A stretch of 64,000 nt of DNA from a bacterium. GTDB taxonomy: Bacteria > JADJOY01. Numbering within the stretch: position 1 is the first letter of the stretch; each line of letters starts with the position of its first letter. Below the pieces are notes generated by a model, which was not told where the DNA came from, ran no database searches, and saw nothing but the letters and a program-made list of their open reading frames with translations. Below are positions 39,209-48,559 of this stretch, piece by piece. The DNA lies in NCBI GenBank assembly GCA_046331705.1, contig JAXLQJ010000003.1:62001-126000 (forward strand), read 5' to 3'. The translations under genes and the position numbers were made by a program.

Positions 39209-40651
39209 ATGGCCGTCATGACCGAGCCCATCGAGCCGATCGTCGATTCTCCGGAGCCCGCGCCGGGCCCACCACCGGTGGTGGCGCCGCCGATCCGGCG
39301 CGGTCGGCAGTGGCTGCGCGGGCTGGCGGCTGGGGCGCTGGTGCTCGCGGCGCTCGAGGGTGGGCTGCGCGCCGTGGACGCGGTCCACCCACTCGCGATG
39401 CTGCGCGACGCCCGGGACGAGGGGAACGTCCGCGCGCCCCGTGACGAAGCGAGCCGCGAACCCAGCGCGGCCGGCGTCGAGCGCGTCGCGACGATCGGCG
39501 ACGCCGCCGTGACCGGTGCCGTCGCCCCTCCGCTCGATCACGCGAGCGTCCTCGAGCGGCTGCTCACCCGCGGCGGGCACCCCGCGCGGGTGCTCGACCG
39601 GAGCGTGGCGGAGGCGGAGCCGAGCGATCTCCCGTCGATCTTCATCCGCGATGCGCTGCCCACGGCGCCCGATCGCGTGCTGGTCTTCGTCGCGGTCGGC
39701 GACGATCTCGCCGCCCGCGATCGCGTCCAGCCGCGCTACCGCCACTCGTATCTCGCCCGCCTGGCCCACGCGTTGCTCGCGCCGCGTCGTGACGGCGGGC
39801 GCGGCGCGAGCGAGGCGCGCCCGCCGCCCGTCGACGGCGAACGCTTCCTGGCGCTCGAGCGCGAGCGAAGCTGGATCTTCGCAGGCCCGAGCACGCGCCT
39901 CACCGACGCCGTGAACCGCGCCATCGCACCCCTCGTGGAGACGAAGCAGCTCGCCGACCGACGGCGGGTACGGCTCACCGTGGTGCTGGCGCCGGACCCC
40001 GCCCAGATCGATCCGACCGTGCGCAAGCGAATCGGCGCGAGCTCGCAAGCGGAGAGCGACAGCGGCGAGCACGCGCTCAGCCGTCCCAGCGAGCTGCTCG
40101 CGGGCGCGCTCGCCCAGCACGGCATCGAGGTCGTCGATCTCACCGCGGAGCTCGCCCGCCGTGGCGCCCGCACGCGTCTCCACTCGCCGGATTCCATCGG
40201 CTGGAATGCCCTCGGCAGCCGCATGGCGGCAGCGATCGTCGCGCGCGACGTGTTCCACGTGACGTCGCGCAATCCGCGCCGCCCGCGCCCCAGCGCTGCG
40301 CCGCCCCCCACCGCTGCCGGCGCCGGCGCCACCAGCTCGCGGGTCTTCGAGGGCGTACACGAGCACACCGGGTGCGACGCCATCCGCGCCTGGGCGTGGG
40401 AACCAAGCCGTCCGGACGAGAGCGTCGACGTCGACGTGCTCGACGGCGAGACCCTCGTCATCACGCAGACCGCCGATGTCTACCGCGGGGATCTGCTCGC
40501 CGCCGGCAAAGGCGACGGCTCGCACGGCTTCGAGCTCCGGACCCCGGCGCGGCTGCGCGACGGCGAGGCGCACACCATTCGGCTGCGGATCGCGGGATCC
40601 AGCTTCGATCTCACCAACACGCCCAGCACGCTGTGGTGTCCCGCGCCCTGA
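39209..40651 (+). CDS. Membrane-anchored degenerate SGNH/AlgX-like protein with a C-terminal Ig-like (RxDL...GF) module
   Basis: N-terminal TM (LAALEGGLR). SGNH blocks are recognisable but substituted: IGDAA, DRSVAE, VGDD, DSIGWNALG. C-terminal AWAWEP....ADVYRGDL..AGKGDGSHGF. Confidence 0.7.
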   Translation: MAVMTEPIEPIVDSPEPAPGPPPVVAPPIRRGRQWLRGLAAGALVLAALEGGLRAVDAVHPLAMLRDARDEGNVRAPRDEASREPSAAGVERVATIGDAAVTGAVAPPLDHASVLERLLTRGGHPARVLDRSVAEAEPSDLPSIFIRDALPTAPDRVLVFVAVGDDLAARDRVQPRYRHSYLARLAHALLAPRRDGGRGASEARPPPVDGERFLALERERSWIFAGPSTRLTDAVNRAIAPLVETKQLADRRRVRLTVVLAPDPAQIDPTVRKRIGASSQAESDSGEHALSRPSELLAGALAQHGIEVVDLTAELARRGARTRLHSPDSIGWNALGSRMAAAIVARDVFHVTSRNPRRPRPSAAPPPTAAGAGATSSRVFEGVHEHTGCDAIRAWAWEPSRPDESVDVDVLDGETLVITQTADVYRGDLLAAGKGDGSHGFELRTPARLRDGEAHTIRLRIAGSSFDLTNTPSTLWCPAP

Positions 40652-40883
40652 AGTCTGGAGGCTGACCCCAATCCGGGCTGAGCCTCACTCCAGCCTCGGC
40701 CGACGGGTCCTCGTTCCGCTCACGCCAGGCCAGGGGCGCTCAGGGACAGTGACCGCCTGCGGAGCCAGCCCAGCTGCAGATCGAGCCGTTGTCGTTCGGC
40801 ACTTCGTCGACGAGCAGCAGCTCCACGTCCCCCACCCGGCTCACCTGGTCGAGCGCGAAGTCGTTGGCAGCGACGCCGCGCTT

Positions 40884-42836
40884 CTACGGTGCCACGCGCC
40901 ACAGACGGGCGCAGAGCGTTCGGCAATCGCCGGTCGTCCACACGTCGCAGGGACGGAACGTGCGATCGCAGCGCAGCGCGATCTCCGTCCCGCGCCCGGC
41001 GCCCGCGGGCAGCGTGACGGCGAGATCGTGGCGATCGCCGTCGCGTAGCTGAACGCGCGCGTCCGCGACGTCGCCGGGCACCGCGGAGAGCGCGACGGGG
41101 TGCACGGCGAGATCGGGCTCGGCGGCGGATACCTCGGCCTGCACGCGTCGCACGCGGCGGCCATCGATCACCAAGCGAGCGCTCGGCCCCAACCATCGGA
41201 AGGATTCACCGGTGGGCGTCCATTCCTCGGCATAGGCGCCGTGGAGCGTGATCGGCGGCGGCCACGCGACGTTCCGCGCCACGGCGATGGCCATCGCCGC
41301 GAGACACGCGACGAGCCCGAGCCGCGCGACGAGCGCGACGCGTACGCGGCTGACGGGGTCGCGATCACGTCGTGGATCCGGCGTGGCCGACGCCACGCCC
41401 AATCCGTGCCCGAGGACGGCCAGCACGATCGCGAGATGCTCGGCCACCAGCATCGGATGCCCGACGAGCATCATCACGCCCTCGCCCACCAAGCCGAGCG
41501 CGAGCGAGCGCTCTCCCCACGCCTCCGGATCGTGCGCCGCGCGCGCCGCGAGGCCTCGGAACGCGACCACGACCATCGCCACGAAGACCACGAGCGCGAG
41601 CGGGCCGCCCTCGACGGCGATCTGCAGGAACTGGTCGTGCGCGTTGCGCAGCGGCGCCGCGTCGGGCGGCCGCAGCGCTGGCGACATCCGCGGCATCGCG
41701 CGATAGAGGTTCCCCGGCCCGACGCCCGTGAGCGGGTGCGCGGCGCCCGCGAGCCACGCCGCGCGCCAGAGCTCGAGACGTCCGCTCACCAGCCGTCGCG
41801 CCTCGGGCTCGCCCCGCAACAGCGCGACGAAGCGCGCGACGGTGGCGTGCGCCGGCAGGCGGTCGGGCGGCAGGGAGCGCAACGCCAGGAGCATGCCCGC
41901 GAGCACGACGCTCGTCGCGAGCAACCCGTGACGCCAGGCGCGCGGCGACAAGCGGCCACGTGCCGACCACGCCGCCTGCGCCGCCACCGCACCCAGCACC
42001 GCCCGCGACCCCGTCATCACCAGCACGCCGCCCAGACACACCGTGGCGCCGCCGAGCGACGCAATGCGTGCCGCGGCGGGCCAGCGCTTGCCAAGGCGAG
42101 CCAGCGACGCGAGCAACGGCGGACCCATGAGCACCAGCGAGGCCGCGAACGCGTTGGCATCGGGCGCCGTGCCGTTGACGCGCCGGATCACCTGCCACGA
42201 GCCATCCGGCAGCTGACGACCGAACGGCGCCACCGCCCAGCCGGTCCACGCTTGGAAGATCCCGAGCGCCAGCGCGAGCCCGGCCACGCAGGCAAGCGTG
42301 CGGGGCAGCGGCGCGGCGCGGTCGCTCCGCGAGCCGCTCAGCGCGGCGACGGCCACGCCCACGCCGCACGCCTCGTAGAGGTCGAGAAGACGCCGCAGCC
42401 CGAAGAGCGGATGCGTTTGATCGGCCAGGTGTCCGATGCCGCCGAGCACCGCCGCGAGGTCGGTGCGAAACGGTGTCGACAGGACGTCGAGCTCGCGCGA
42501 GCACGCCACCAGCCACGCCGCCGCCATCACCACCAGGAACGCGCCGAGCGAGGCGGCGGCGCGCCGGGCCGCGCGCAGCTCGCCCGTCGCGACCGCGACG
42601 GGACGCAGCACCAAGCCGGCGAGCGCGATCGCCAACCACGCGTCGATCGTCGTGGCGGTGCCGACGGCGCCACGCCACGCCGGGTTGCCGGTGAGCGCGA
42701 CGGCCGCCACCAGCGCACCGATCCGCAGCGCCGGCGGAGCGAAGGCGGACACTCCCGCGAAGCCGGCGAATCCCAGCCACCACGCACGCGGCAGCCCACC
42801 CCAGGGCAGGGTCGCGGCCGCGAGCCAGATGGGCAA
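40884..42836 (-). CDS. O-antigen ligase (Wzy_C/WaaL) family membrane protein with periplasmic C-terminal domain
   Basis: RVNGT..DANAFA, MTGSRA, GRLELWRAA......PLTGVGPGN, NAHDQFLQIAVEGG. May start at CTG 42950. Confidence 0.85.
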   Translation of the reverse strand: MPIWLAAATLPWGGLPRAWWLGFAGFAGVSAFAPPALRIGALVAAVALTGNPAWRGAVGTATTIDAWLAIALAGLVLRPVAVATGELRAARRAAASLGAFLVVMAAAWLVACSRELDVLSTPFRTDLAAVLGGIGHLADQTHPLFGLRRLLDLYEACGVGVAVAALSGSRSDRAAPLPRTLACVAGLALALGIFQAWTGWAVAPFGRQLPDGSWQVIRRVNGTAPDANAFAASLVLMGPPLLASLARLGKRWPAAARIASLGGATVCLGGVLVMTGSRAVLGAVAAQAAWSARGRLSPRAWRHGLLATSVVLAGMLLALRSLPPDRLPAHATVARFVALLRGEPEARRLVSGRLELWRAAWLAGAAHPLTGVGPGNLYRAMPRMSPALRPPDAAPLRNAHDQFLQIAVEGGPLALVVFVAMVVVAFRGLAARAAHDPEAWGERSLALGLVGEGVMMLVGHPMLVAEHLAIVLAVLGHGLGVASATPDPRRDRDPVSRVRVALVARLGLVACLAAMAIAVARNVAWPPPITLHGAYAEEWTPTGESFRWLGPSARLVIDGRRVRRVQAEVSAAEPDLAVHPVALSAVPGDVADARVQLRDGDRHDLAVTLPAGAGRGTEIALRCDRTFRPCDVWTTGDCRTLCARLWRVAP

Positions 42837-42946
42837 CGCGTAGAGCGCGACCCACGCGCGCTCGCGGATCGCGAGTCCCCGGGGCGCTCGATCGTTGGCG
42901 AGGGGCGCGGGCTCCGGCCCGCTCGCCGGCGCGCCCGGGTGGCGGC

Positions 42947-43954
42947 TCAGGCTAGCTCGACCTCAGCCGCGAATCCCGGCACATCCACCGCCGGGCAGGG
43001 AATGGACTCGCCGAGGCGAGCGGCACGGCGCGCGAAGATGGCGCGTCGCCGCGACCACATCTGCGGCAGCTGCTTCACGATGTCGACGTAGGCGGGCAGA
43101 AGATCGCGATCCCACAGCAGCGCGTACGCGAGTCGCACCGCCTCGAAGCCCGCCACCACCGGCAGATCCCGCATCAACCGCGACGCCCGCTCGTTCTTGA
43201 GGATCTGGAAGCAGTGGTTCTTGAACGAGTGGCAGCGGATCGCCGAGGGCATGGCGCGACGGGACGCGGCGCTTTCCGGCTTCCAGCGCCGCTGGTGAAC
43301 GGCGCGCGCCGCGGGAACGTAGAGGACGTCGAAGCCGAGCAAGTTGGCTCGCCAGCACAGATCGGTGTCCTCGCGGTACGCGAAGAACGACTCGTCGAAC
43401 ACTTCGCCATCCACCTCGAGCGTGCCCAGTGCCGAGAGCCGCAGCATCATCGCCGCGCCGCACACCGCGAAGACGCGCTCGGTCTCGTCGTACTGGCCGT
43501 GGTCGAGCTGAAAGCTGCCGCGATCGTAGGGACGGCGATGACGAGGAAGCGAGATGCCGGCGCTGTCGATGCGCGTGCGACACGGCCTGAGGAGCTTCCC
43601 GGACGCGAGAGCCACGCTGCGATGCGCCCGCAGCTCGTCCAGCAGGCGTTCCGCGTAGTCGGGCTCGAGCTCGATGTCCGGATTGAGCAGCAGCGCGGCT
43701 TCGGGGAGATACGGATCGGCGCGCCCCTCGGCCAAGAACCGGTTGGCGCCCGCGCCAAAACCGCGGTTGGGAACCAGCGACCAGCGCACCGTCGGGAAAC
43801 GCTTGGCGAGTGCCTCTGCCTGGACGGGATCGCCGTCCGCGTCGACCACCCGGATCCAGGCCGGCGGGATGGTCTGACGGGTCAGGCTTTCGAGGCAGGA
43901 CGCCAGGTCGTCGTAGGTCTTGTAGTTGACGACCCCTGCGACATAACGCGTCAT
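42947..43954 (-). CDS. GT2 family glycosyltransferase (WbbL-like)
   Basis: VVNYK, NRGFGAGAN, LLNPD, CGAAMMLR, FDESFFAYREDTDLCWR. Confidence 0.92.
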   Translation of the reverse strand: MTRYVAGVVNYKTYDDLASCLESLTRQTIPPAWIRVVDADGDPVQAEALAKRFPTVRWSLVPNRGFGAGANRFLAEGRADPYLPEAALLLNPDIELEPDYAERLLDELRAHRSVALASGKLLRPCRTRIDSAGISLPRHRRPYDRGSFQLDHGQYDETERVFAVCGAAMMLRLSALGTLEVDGEVFDESFFAYREDTDLCWRANLLGFDVLYVPAARAVHQRRWKPESAASRRAMPSAIRCHSFKNHCFQILKNERASRLMRDLPVVAGFEAVRLAYALLWDRDLLPAYVDIVKQLPQMWSRRRAIFARRAARLGESIPCPAVDVPGFAAEVELA

Positions 43955-44471
43955 CAGGCCCCCGAACGCGCTCGGCACGACAGCGCGCGGTGCGGTTTGG
44001 CGGATTGAAGCACAACCCGAAGATCAGGGGAAGTCCCCGCCACGAAAGGATTCTGGCCGGAGGTGCCAATCGTCATGGCGCCCCAGGGTGACGCCACGCG
44101 CAGGCGCTGCCAAGTCCGCGGGCCAGGCTCGGGCTGCGGTTCGACCGCCGGCCGTGCCACTCGGGCGACGGGGCCGGGCCGGGTGGAGGGCCGTGCGGCG
44201 TCCGGCGTGAGGGGACCGCGCCCCGGCGATGACCCGGGACCCGTGGTCGGTCGCACCGCGAACCGCCGTTCGGGCCGAGCCCATGGCAGTGAGAGGCCAG
44301 GCCAGGGCAAACCGCCCTGCCGAGCGGGACGTCGGGCCGGCCGAGGCGGGCTCGAGACATCGCTCCCGCTCGCCGCCCAAGCAGTCGATGGGCGCGGCCG
44401 GCGTCACGGGCCGGGGGGGGGCCGGGTAGGCCCACGCGATGCGAGCCGGTGCCACGCCAGGCGACCGACGG

Positions 44472-45881
44472 TCAGAAGCCCACCGCGCTGTAGAGGAGGG
44501 GGTTTTTCTTGTTGGTGAAACCGGGAAATCCCGTCGAGAAGCCGACGATGTAGAACTGGTCGCCGAGCTTGGCGATGCCTCCCGGCGTCTGCTCGGTGTT
44601 GTCGGCGCACGCGACGCTCGACTGGTGGCAGAAGTTCGGTGCTGCGGCCGCGTCCTTCATCAGGCTGCTGGCGTCGAGCCGCACCAACGACGTATCACCG
44701 CCCGAGCCCCCGCTCTTGGCGGCGCCGATCACGTAGACGTAGCCGCGGCCGCGGTCGTTGTCGATCGCGACGGTGCGCGTGAAGCGCGACTCCGCTTCCG
44801 GCGGCAGATAGGGCGCCGCGGTCTGCGCGGCGAGGCCGAGGTCGAACTTGAGGACGAAGCTGCCGCTCGGCACCCCGCCGAAGAAGTTGGCGAGGTAACC
44901 ACCCACGTACACACCCGTCGCGTCGACCACGGCCCCCGCCGTCGCGACCGGGCCCAGGAAGGGATTCGGATGCGCCCAGGGGGTCGCGGCGACCGGCGCC
45001 TCGGGCGGCGTGTCACCGAGGTCCGTGTAACGCAGCACCAGCGCCTTGGCGCCCACGCCGGCGATGCCGCCGCCGCCCTGCCGGCCCGCGACGTAGATGT
45101 ACCGGGCGCCGCCACTCGCGTAGATCGCCAGCGCCCCGTCGGCGGCGTCGTAGTGGCCCTTCGATCCGCCGCCGCTCACGTGGTAGGTCGTCGCCCAGAT
45201 CGGTAGGCCCGTGCGGCCGTCGAAACGCGCGAGCCCTACCTGCCCTTCCACCCCGGGCGCATAGCTGCTGTTCGGCACGCCGTGGTGCCCCGACACGGTG
45301 ATGCGATTCTCGTCCGGATCGACGTAGAGCCCGTCGATCTCGTCGTAGCCGTTGGTCACACCGTAAAGCGCCGCGCCGTTGCTGCTGACCGAGTAGCGCG
45401 CTCCGGTCGACGACCAGAGGCCACCGGCGTTGGCGCTCCACGGCACCGGCGCGCACGGCTCCTTCGTGAATCGCATGATGTACCAATACGACTCCGCGGC
45501 AGCACCCGGGCCGTCGTGACTCGCACCCGCCACGTAGAGGTAGCGGTTGCCGGCGAACGCCACGAACGGCTTCGCGACCTTGCCGGGGCCGCGCGGATTG
45601 TTGCTGGTGTTGTTGCTGGTGCTGTCGATCGCGTCGAGCGCGCGGTTCGAGAAGTATCGCGTGCACGCGATCTTGTCCTCGGCGTGATCCTGGTAGAACG
45701 CGTAGACGTTCCCCTGCGGATCGATCGTCACCGCGAAGGCCTCGTCGCCGAACCGTGTCGCCGAGGGCGTGCCGAGCGACGGCGACCAGCTGGTGTCGAA
45801 TCGCGGCGCGCCCGCCTGCGCCCTGCCCCCCAGGAATACCGCTGCTGCGACGGCGGCGATCGTTCGGGCCGACTGCTTCAC
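44472..45881 (-). CDS. Secreted hypothetical protein, probable beta-propeller
   Basis: AGGAGG RBS, signal peptide ending AQA, blade-like strands (AVTIDPQGNVY, YLYVAG, YIYVAG, VVDATGVYVGG, YVYVIG). Confidence 0.75.
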   Translation of the reverse strand: MKQSARTIAAVAAAVFLGGRAQAGAPRFDTSWSPSLGTPSATRFGDEAFAVTIDPQGNVYAFYQDHAEDKIACTRYFSNRALDAIDSTSNNTSNNPRGPGKVAKPFVAFAGNRYLYVAGASHDGPGAAAESYWYIMRFTKEPCAPVPWSANAGGLWSSTGARYSVSSNGAALYGVTNGYDEIDGLYVDPDENRITVSGHHGVPNSSYAPGVEGQVGLARFDGRTGLPIWATTYHVSGGGSKGHYDAADGALAIYASGGARYIYVAGRQGGGGIAGVGAKALVLRYTDLGDTPPEAPVAATPWAHPNPFLGPVATAGAVVDATGVYVGGYLANFFGGVPSGSFVLKFDLGLAAQTAAPYLPPEAESRFTRTVAIDNDRGRGYVYVIGAAKSGGSGGDTSLVRLDASSLMKDAAAAPNFCHQSSVACADNTEQTPGGIAKLGDQFYIVGFSTGFPGFTNKKNPLLYSAVGF

Positions 45882-46305
45882 GAATGCTTCCTCCTGTGCG
45901 ACGCGGGCGCGCGAGTCTGGCGCCACGACGGGCCGGACAGCAACTCGCGGCGCGAGCGGCGGGGCGAGCGGCCGCGCAGCCTCGAACGGCGAGCGAGCCC
46001 CACCTCGCGACGCGCGCCCGAGCCACCGAGCACGCCGCATGCCGGAGGAGACATCGGACCGGGTGAGCGCCGCTTCGCTGCGCGATGCGAGCATCGCTCC
46101 GCGCACCACCGCCAGCACGGCCCACGCGCCAACCGCTGACGATCGTCGCCACCTCTGGCGAACATCGTCGGCAGCCCTGACGAGGATCGTCGGCGGCTCG
46201 CCCCGGTCGATGAGCAGGGCGAGTTGCGGCCCACGCAACGATTCCCGCGCTGCCCAGCGGTGATCCGTCACGCCCTGGCCCACGGCGATGGGCGAGAGAA
46301 CATCT

Positions 46306-46321
46306 TGGTTCCCGATTTGCT
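46306..46321 (+). promoter_or_regulatory. Candidate sigma54 promoter for the TonB receptor operon
   Basis: TGGTTCCCGATTTGCT (GG-N10-GC, consensus TTGCT at -12), about 120 nt upstream of the ATG at 46442. Confidence 0.55.
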
Positions 46322-46441
46322 GAGTGGGCACGGGCCGAGACCCGGGTTTCCCCAGCAGAGGATCTGACATGATCGGGCCGCCAGCGGGCGCCCGCGCGTG
46401 GGGTGCGGCGGTCGCGCTGAACGAAGGAACGAGCTCTCCCG

Positions 46442-48559
46442 ATGCCTGTCCGGCCTTCCGCCTTGCCGCCAGACCACACCTGTCAGCGATTCGCCGTTGG
46501 CCGCGCCCTGCTCTGCCTGGCGCTGGCGATCACGCAACCCTGTCGCGCTGCGCGCGCCGAGCCGCCCGCGGAGGCGCCGCTCGCCGACGAGGACGCGTAC
46601 CTGACCAGCGAAGAGGGCTTCGTCTACGCGCCGCTCAAGCGTCGCCAGCCCATCGCGCGCTCGCCCAGCTCGGTCCGCGTGTTCACGGCGGACGAGATCC
46701 GCGCCTCCGGCGCCCGCAACCTGGGCGAGTTCCTGCGCCGCCTCCCCGAGCTCTCCCGCGAGGTGCTGAGCTCCGGCGAGACGGCGATCGACGGCGCGCG
46801 CGGCGTGGGCGGCGAGATGACGATCTTCCGCTTCCTCGAGGTGCGCCTGGACGGTCGCTCGGTGCGTCAGGAATGGCTCGGTGTCGTGTTCTACGAGCCG
46901 TTGCCCATCTTCCTCGACGACGTGAAGCGGATCGAGATCATCCGAGGTCCCGCGGGCGCGCTCTACGGCGAGTCCGGGCTCAACCTGGTGATCGACATCC
47001 GCACCCGCACGCCGGAGGAAGCCCAGGGCACCCAGCTCCAGGTCGCGGCTTACGGCCCCACGCAAGGCTTCGAAGCGTCGGGAGTCCACGGGCTGGCGCT
47101 GGGGCCGGTGTGGAGCAAGCTCTCCGTGAGCTATCGCTCGCTCGACGAGTTCGACTCGGTCGTCCCGCCACAGGACGACGGCGACGACACCGCGAGCAAG
47201 GGGTTGCGCGTCGCGAGCCGCAGCGCCCTGGATCTCGGCCACGACGGACGAATCGAGGCCGAGCTCGGTTACACGGACGGCAGCGTGGACGTGCTGCTCG
47301 GTGCGCCGCTGTCGCTCCACGGCGCCTCCGAGCGCAGCGCGCTCGTGAGCTACGACCGCGAGCTTCCCTTCGGCTCGCTCGCAGCGGAGTGGACGTGGAC
47401 CGAGTTCGCCACCGAGGTCGTCCCGCCGCGCGGCGCCGAGGCCGCGCGGGTCCACGCCGACTCGTGGAGCGGCGAGATCCGGCACACCGCGCCCCTACCG
47501 CTCGCGCAAACGCTCGTCTCGGGTGTCTCCTACCGCTACGTCTCGGCGCGCGGAGATCTCTTCGACGAGTCCCGTGCGCTCGACGACCTTGGGCTCTTTC
47601 TCGCCGACGAGATCGACCTCGGCGCGAACCTGACGGCGTACGCCAACCTCCGCGGCGAGCTGCTCCAGCCCTCCGGATCCGAGATCCTCCCGGGCGGCAG
47701 CCTGGTCTGGACGCCGGCCGAAGGACACACGCTGCGGGCCAGCGTGGGGCGCGGTGTCGCGGCCCCGTCGCTGTTCGGGCTCCACGGCGCCTTCAATCTG
47801 AGCCCGGGCCTCAAGAACATCGGCCCGCCGTTCGACACGCTCGACTTCGTGGTCCTCGGCAACCCCGACCTCGAGAGTCAGGCGCTCACGTCGTACGAGC
47901 TCGGCTACCGCGGCGTGGGGCTCGACGGACGCGTCACGGCGGTCGTGAACGGCTACTTCCAGGACGTTCGCAAGCTCGCGGCCGCAGGCTATTTCCGTCC
48001 CGACACCATCGGTTTCGAAGACGGCCGGCTGCAGATCGGGATCCCGATCGCGAACCGCTACAGCTACCACGTGGTCGGCGGCGAGGCGTCGCTCGAGCTG
48101 CGCCCGCTCGCGTGGCTGCGCATGGAGCTCGGCTACGCGCTGGCACACGTGCTCGACGAGCACGATCTCGTGTCCGGCGCGCCCAGCCACGCGATCGGCG
48201 ACGTGACCCGCCAGCACCGCGGCCTCGCGCTGGTCGGCGTCGACTTCCGCAAGGGCACCATCCCGGCGCCGTGGCTGCGCCCGTTCGATGCCGAGATTTC
48301 CTTCCAGGCGACCTCGACGTCCGAGGTCGAGACGCTTCCGAGCCAGATCGGCGCCGGGCGCTACCCGATCCTCGCGGGCTTCCTCGGCGAGCCGACCACG
48401 CGGCCCGGCGACCGCTACCTGAACGCACGTCTCGGCTGGACGCTGATCCCTTCGACGCTCGAGGTCGCGCTCGAGGGATGGAACTTGCTCGGAACCAGCA
48501 TCCCGCTGTGGGTGGATGGCACGCGGCTGCTCTCGCTCCGGATGACGGTGGGCTTTTGA
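46442..48559 (+). CDS. TonB-dependent outer-membrane receptor
   Basis: Plug motifs SPSSVRVFTADEIRASGARNLGEFLR, V.LDGR, RIEIIRGPAGALYG; GNPDLES...SYELGYR; C-terminal Phe. Confidence 0.9.
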   Translation: MPVRPSALPPDHTCQRFAVGRALLCLALAITQPCRAARAEPPAEAPLADEDAYLTSEEGFVYAPLKRRQPIARSPSSVRVFTADEIRASGARNLGEFLRRLPELSREVLSSGETAIDGARGVGGEMTIFRFLEVRLDGRSVRQEWLGVVFYEPLPIFLDDVKRIEIIRGPAGALYGESGLNLVIDIRTRTPEEAQGTQLQVAAYGPTQGFEASGVHGLALGPVWSKLSVSYRSLDEFDSVVPPQDDGDDTASKGLRVASRSALDLGHDGRIEAELGYTDGSVDVLLGAPLSLHGASERSALVSYDRELPFGSLAAEWTWTEFATEVVPPRGAEAARVHADSWSGEIRHTAPLPLAQTLVSGVSYRYVSARGDLFDESRALDDLGLFLADEIDLGANLTAYANLRGELLQPSGSEILPGGSLVWTPAEGHTLRASVGRGVAAPSLFGLHGAFNLSPGLKNIGPPFDTLDFVVLGNPDLESQALTSYELGYRGVGLDGRVTAVVNGYFQDVRKLAAAGYFRPDTIGFEDGRLQIGIPIANRYSYHVVGGEASLELRPLAWLRMELGYALAHVLDEHDLVSGAPSHAIGDVTRQHRGLALVGVDFRKGTIPAPWLRPFDAEISFQATSTSEVETLPSQIGAGRYPILAGFLGEPTTRPGDRYLNARLGWTLIPSTLEVALEGWNLLGTSIPLWVDGTRLLSLRMTVGF

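Noticed and set aside
40655-40700. Hairpin between convergent genes as an intrinsic terminator or REP element
   Set aside because: The stem is imperfect, there is no U-tract on either strand, and I saw no second copy in the window.
44303-44335. CAGGGCAAACC-N12-GGGACG resembles the 5' half of a c-di-GMP-I (GEMM) riboswitch
   Set aside because: It lacks the GNRA tetraloop and the following CAAAG/P3 receptor, and on the + strand it points into the 3' end of a minus-strand gene. An Rfam cmsearch would settle it.
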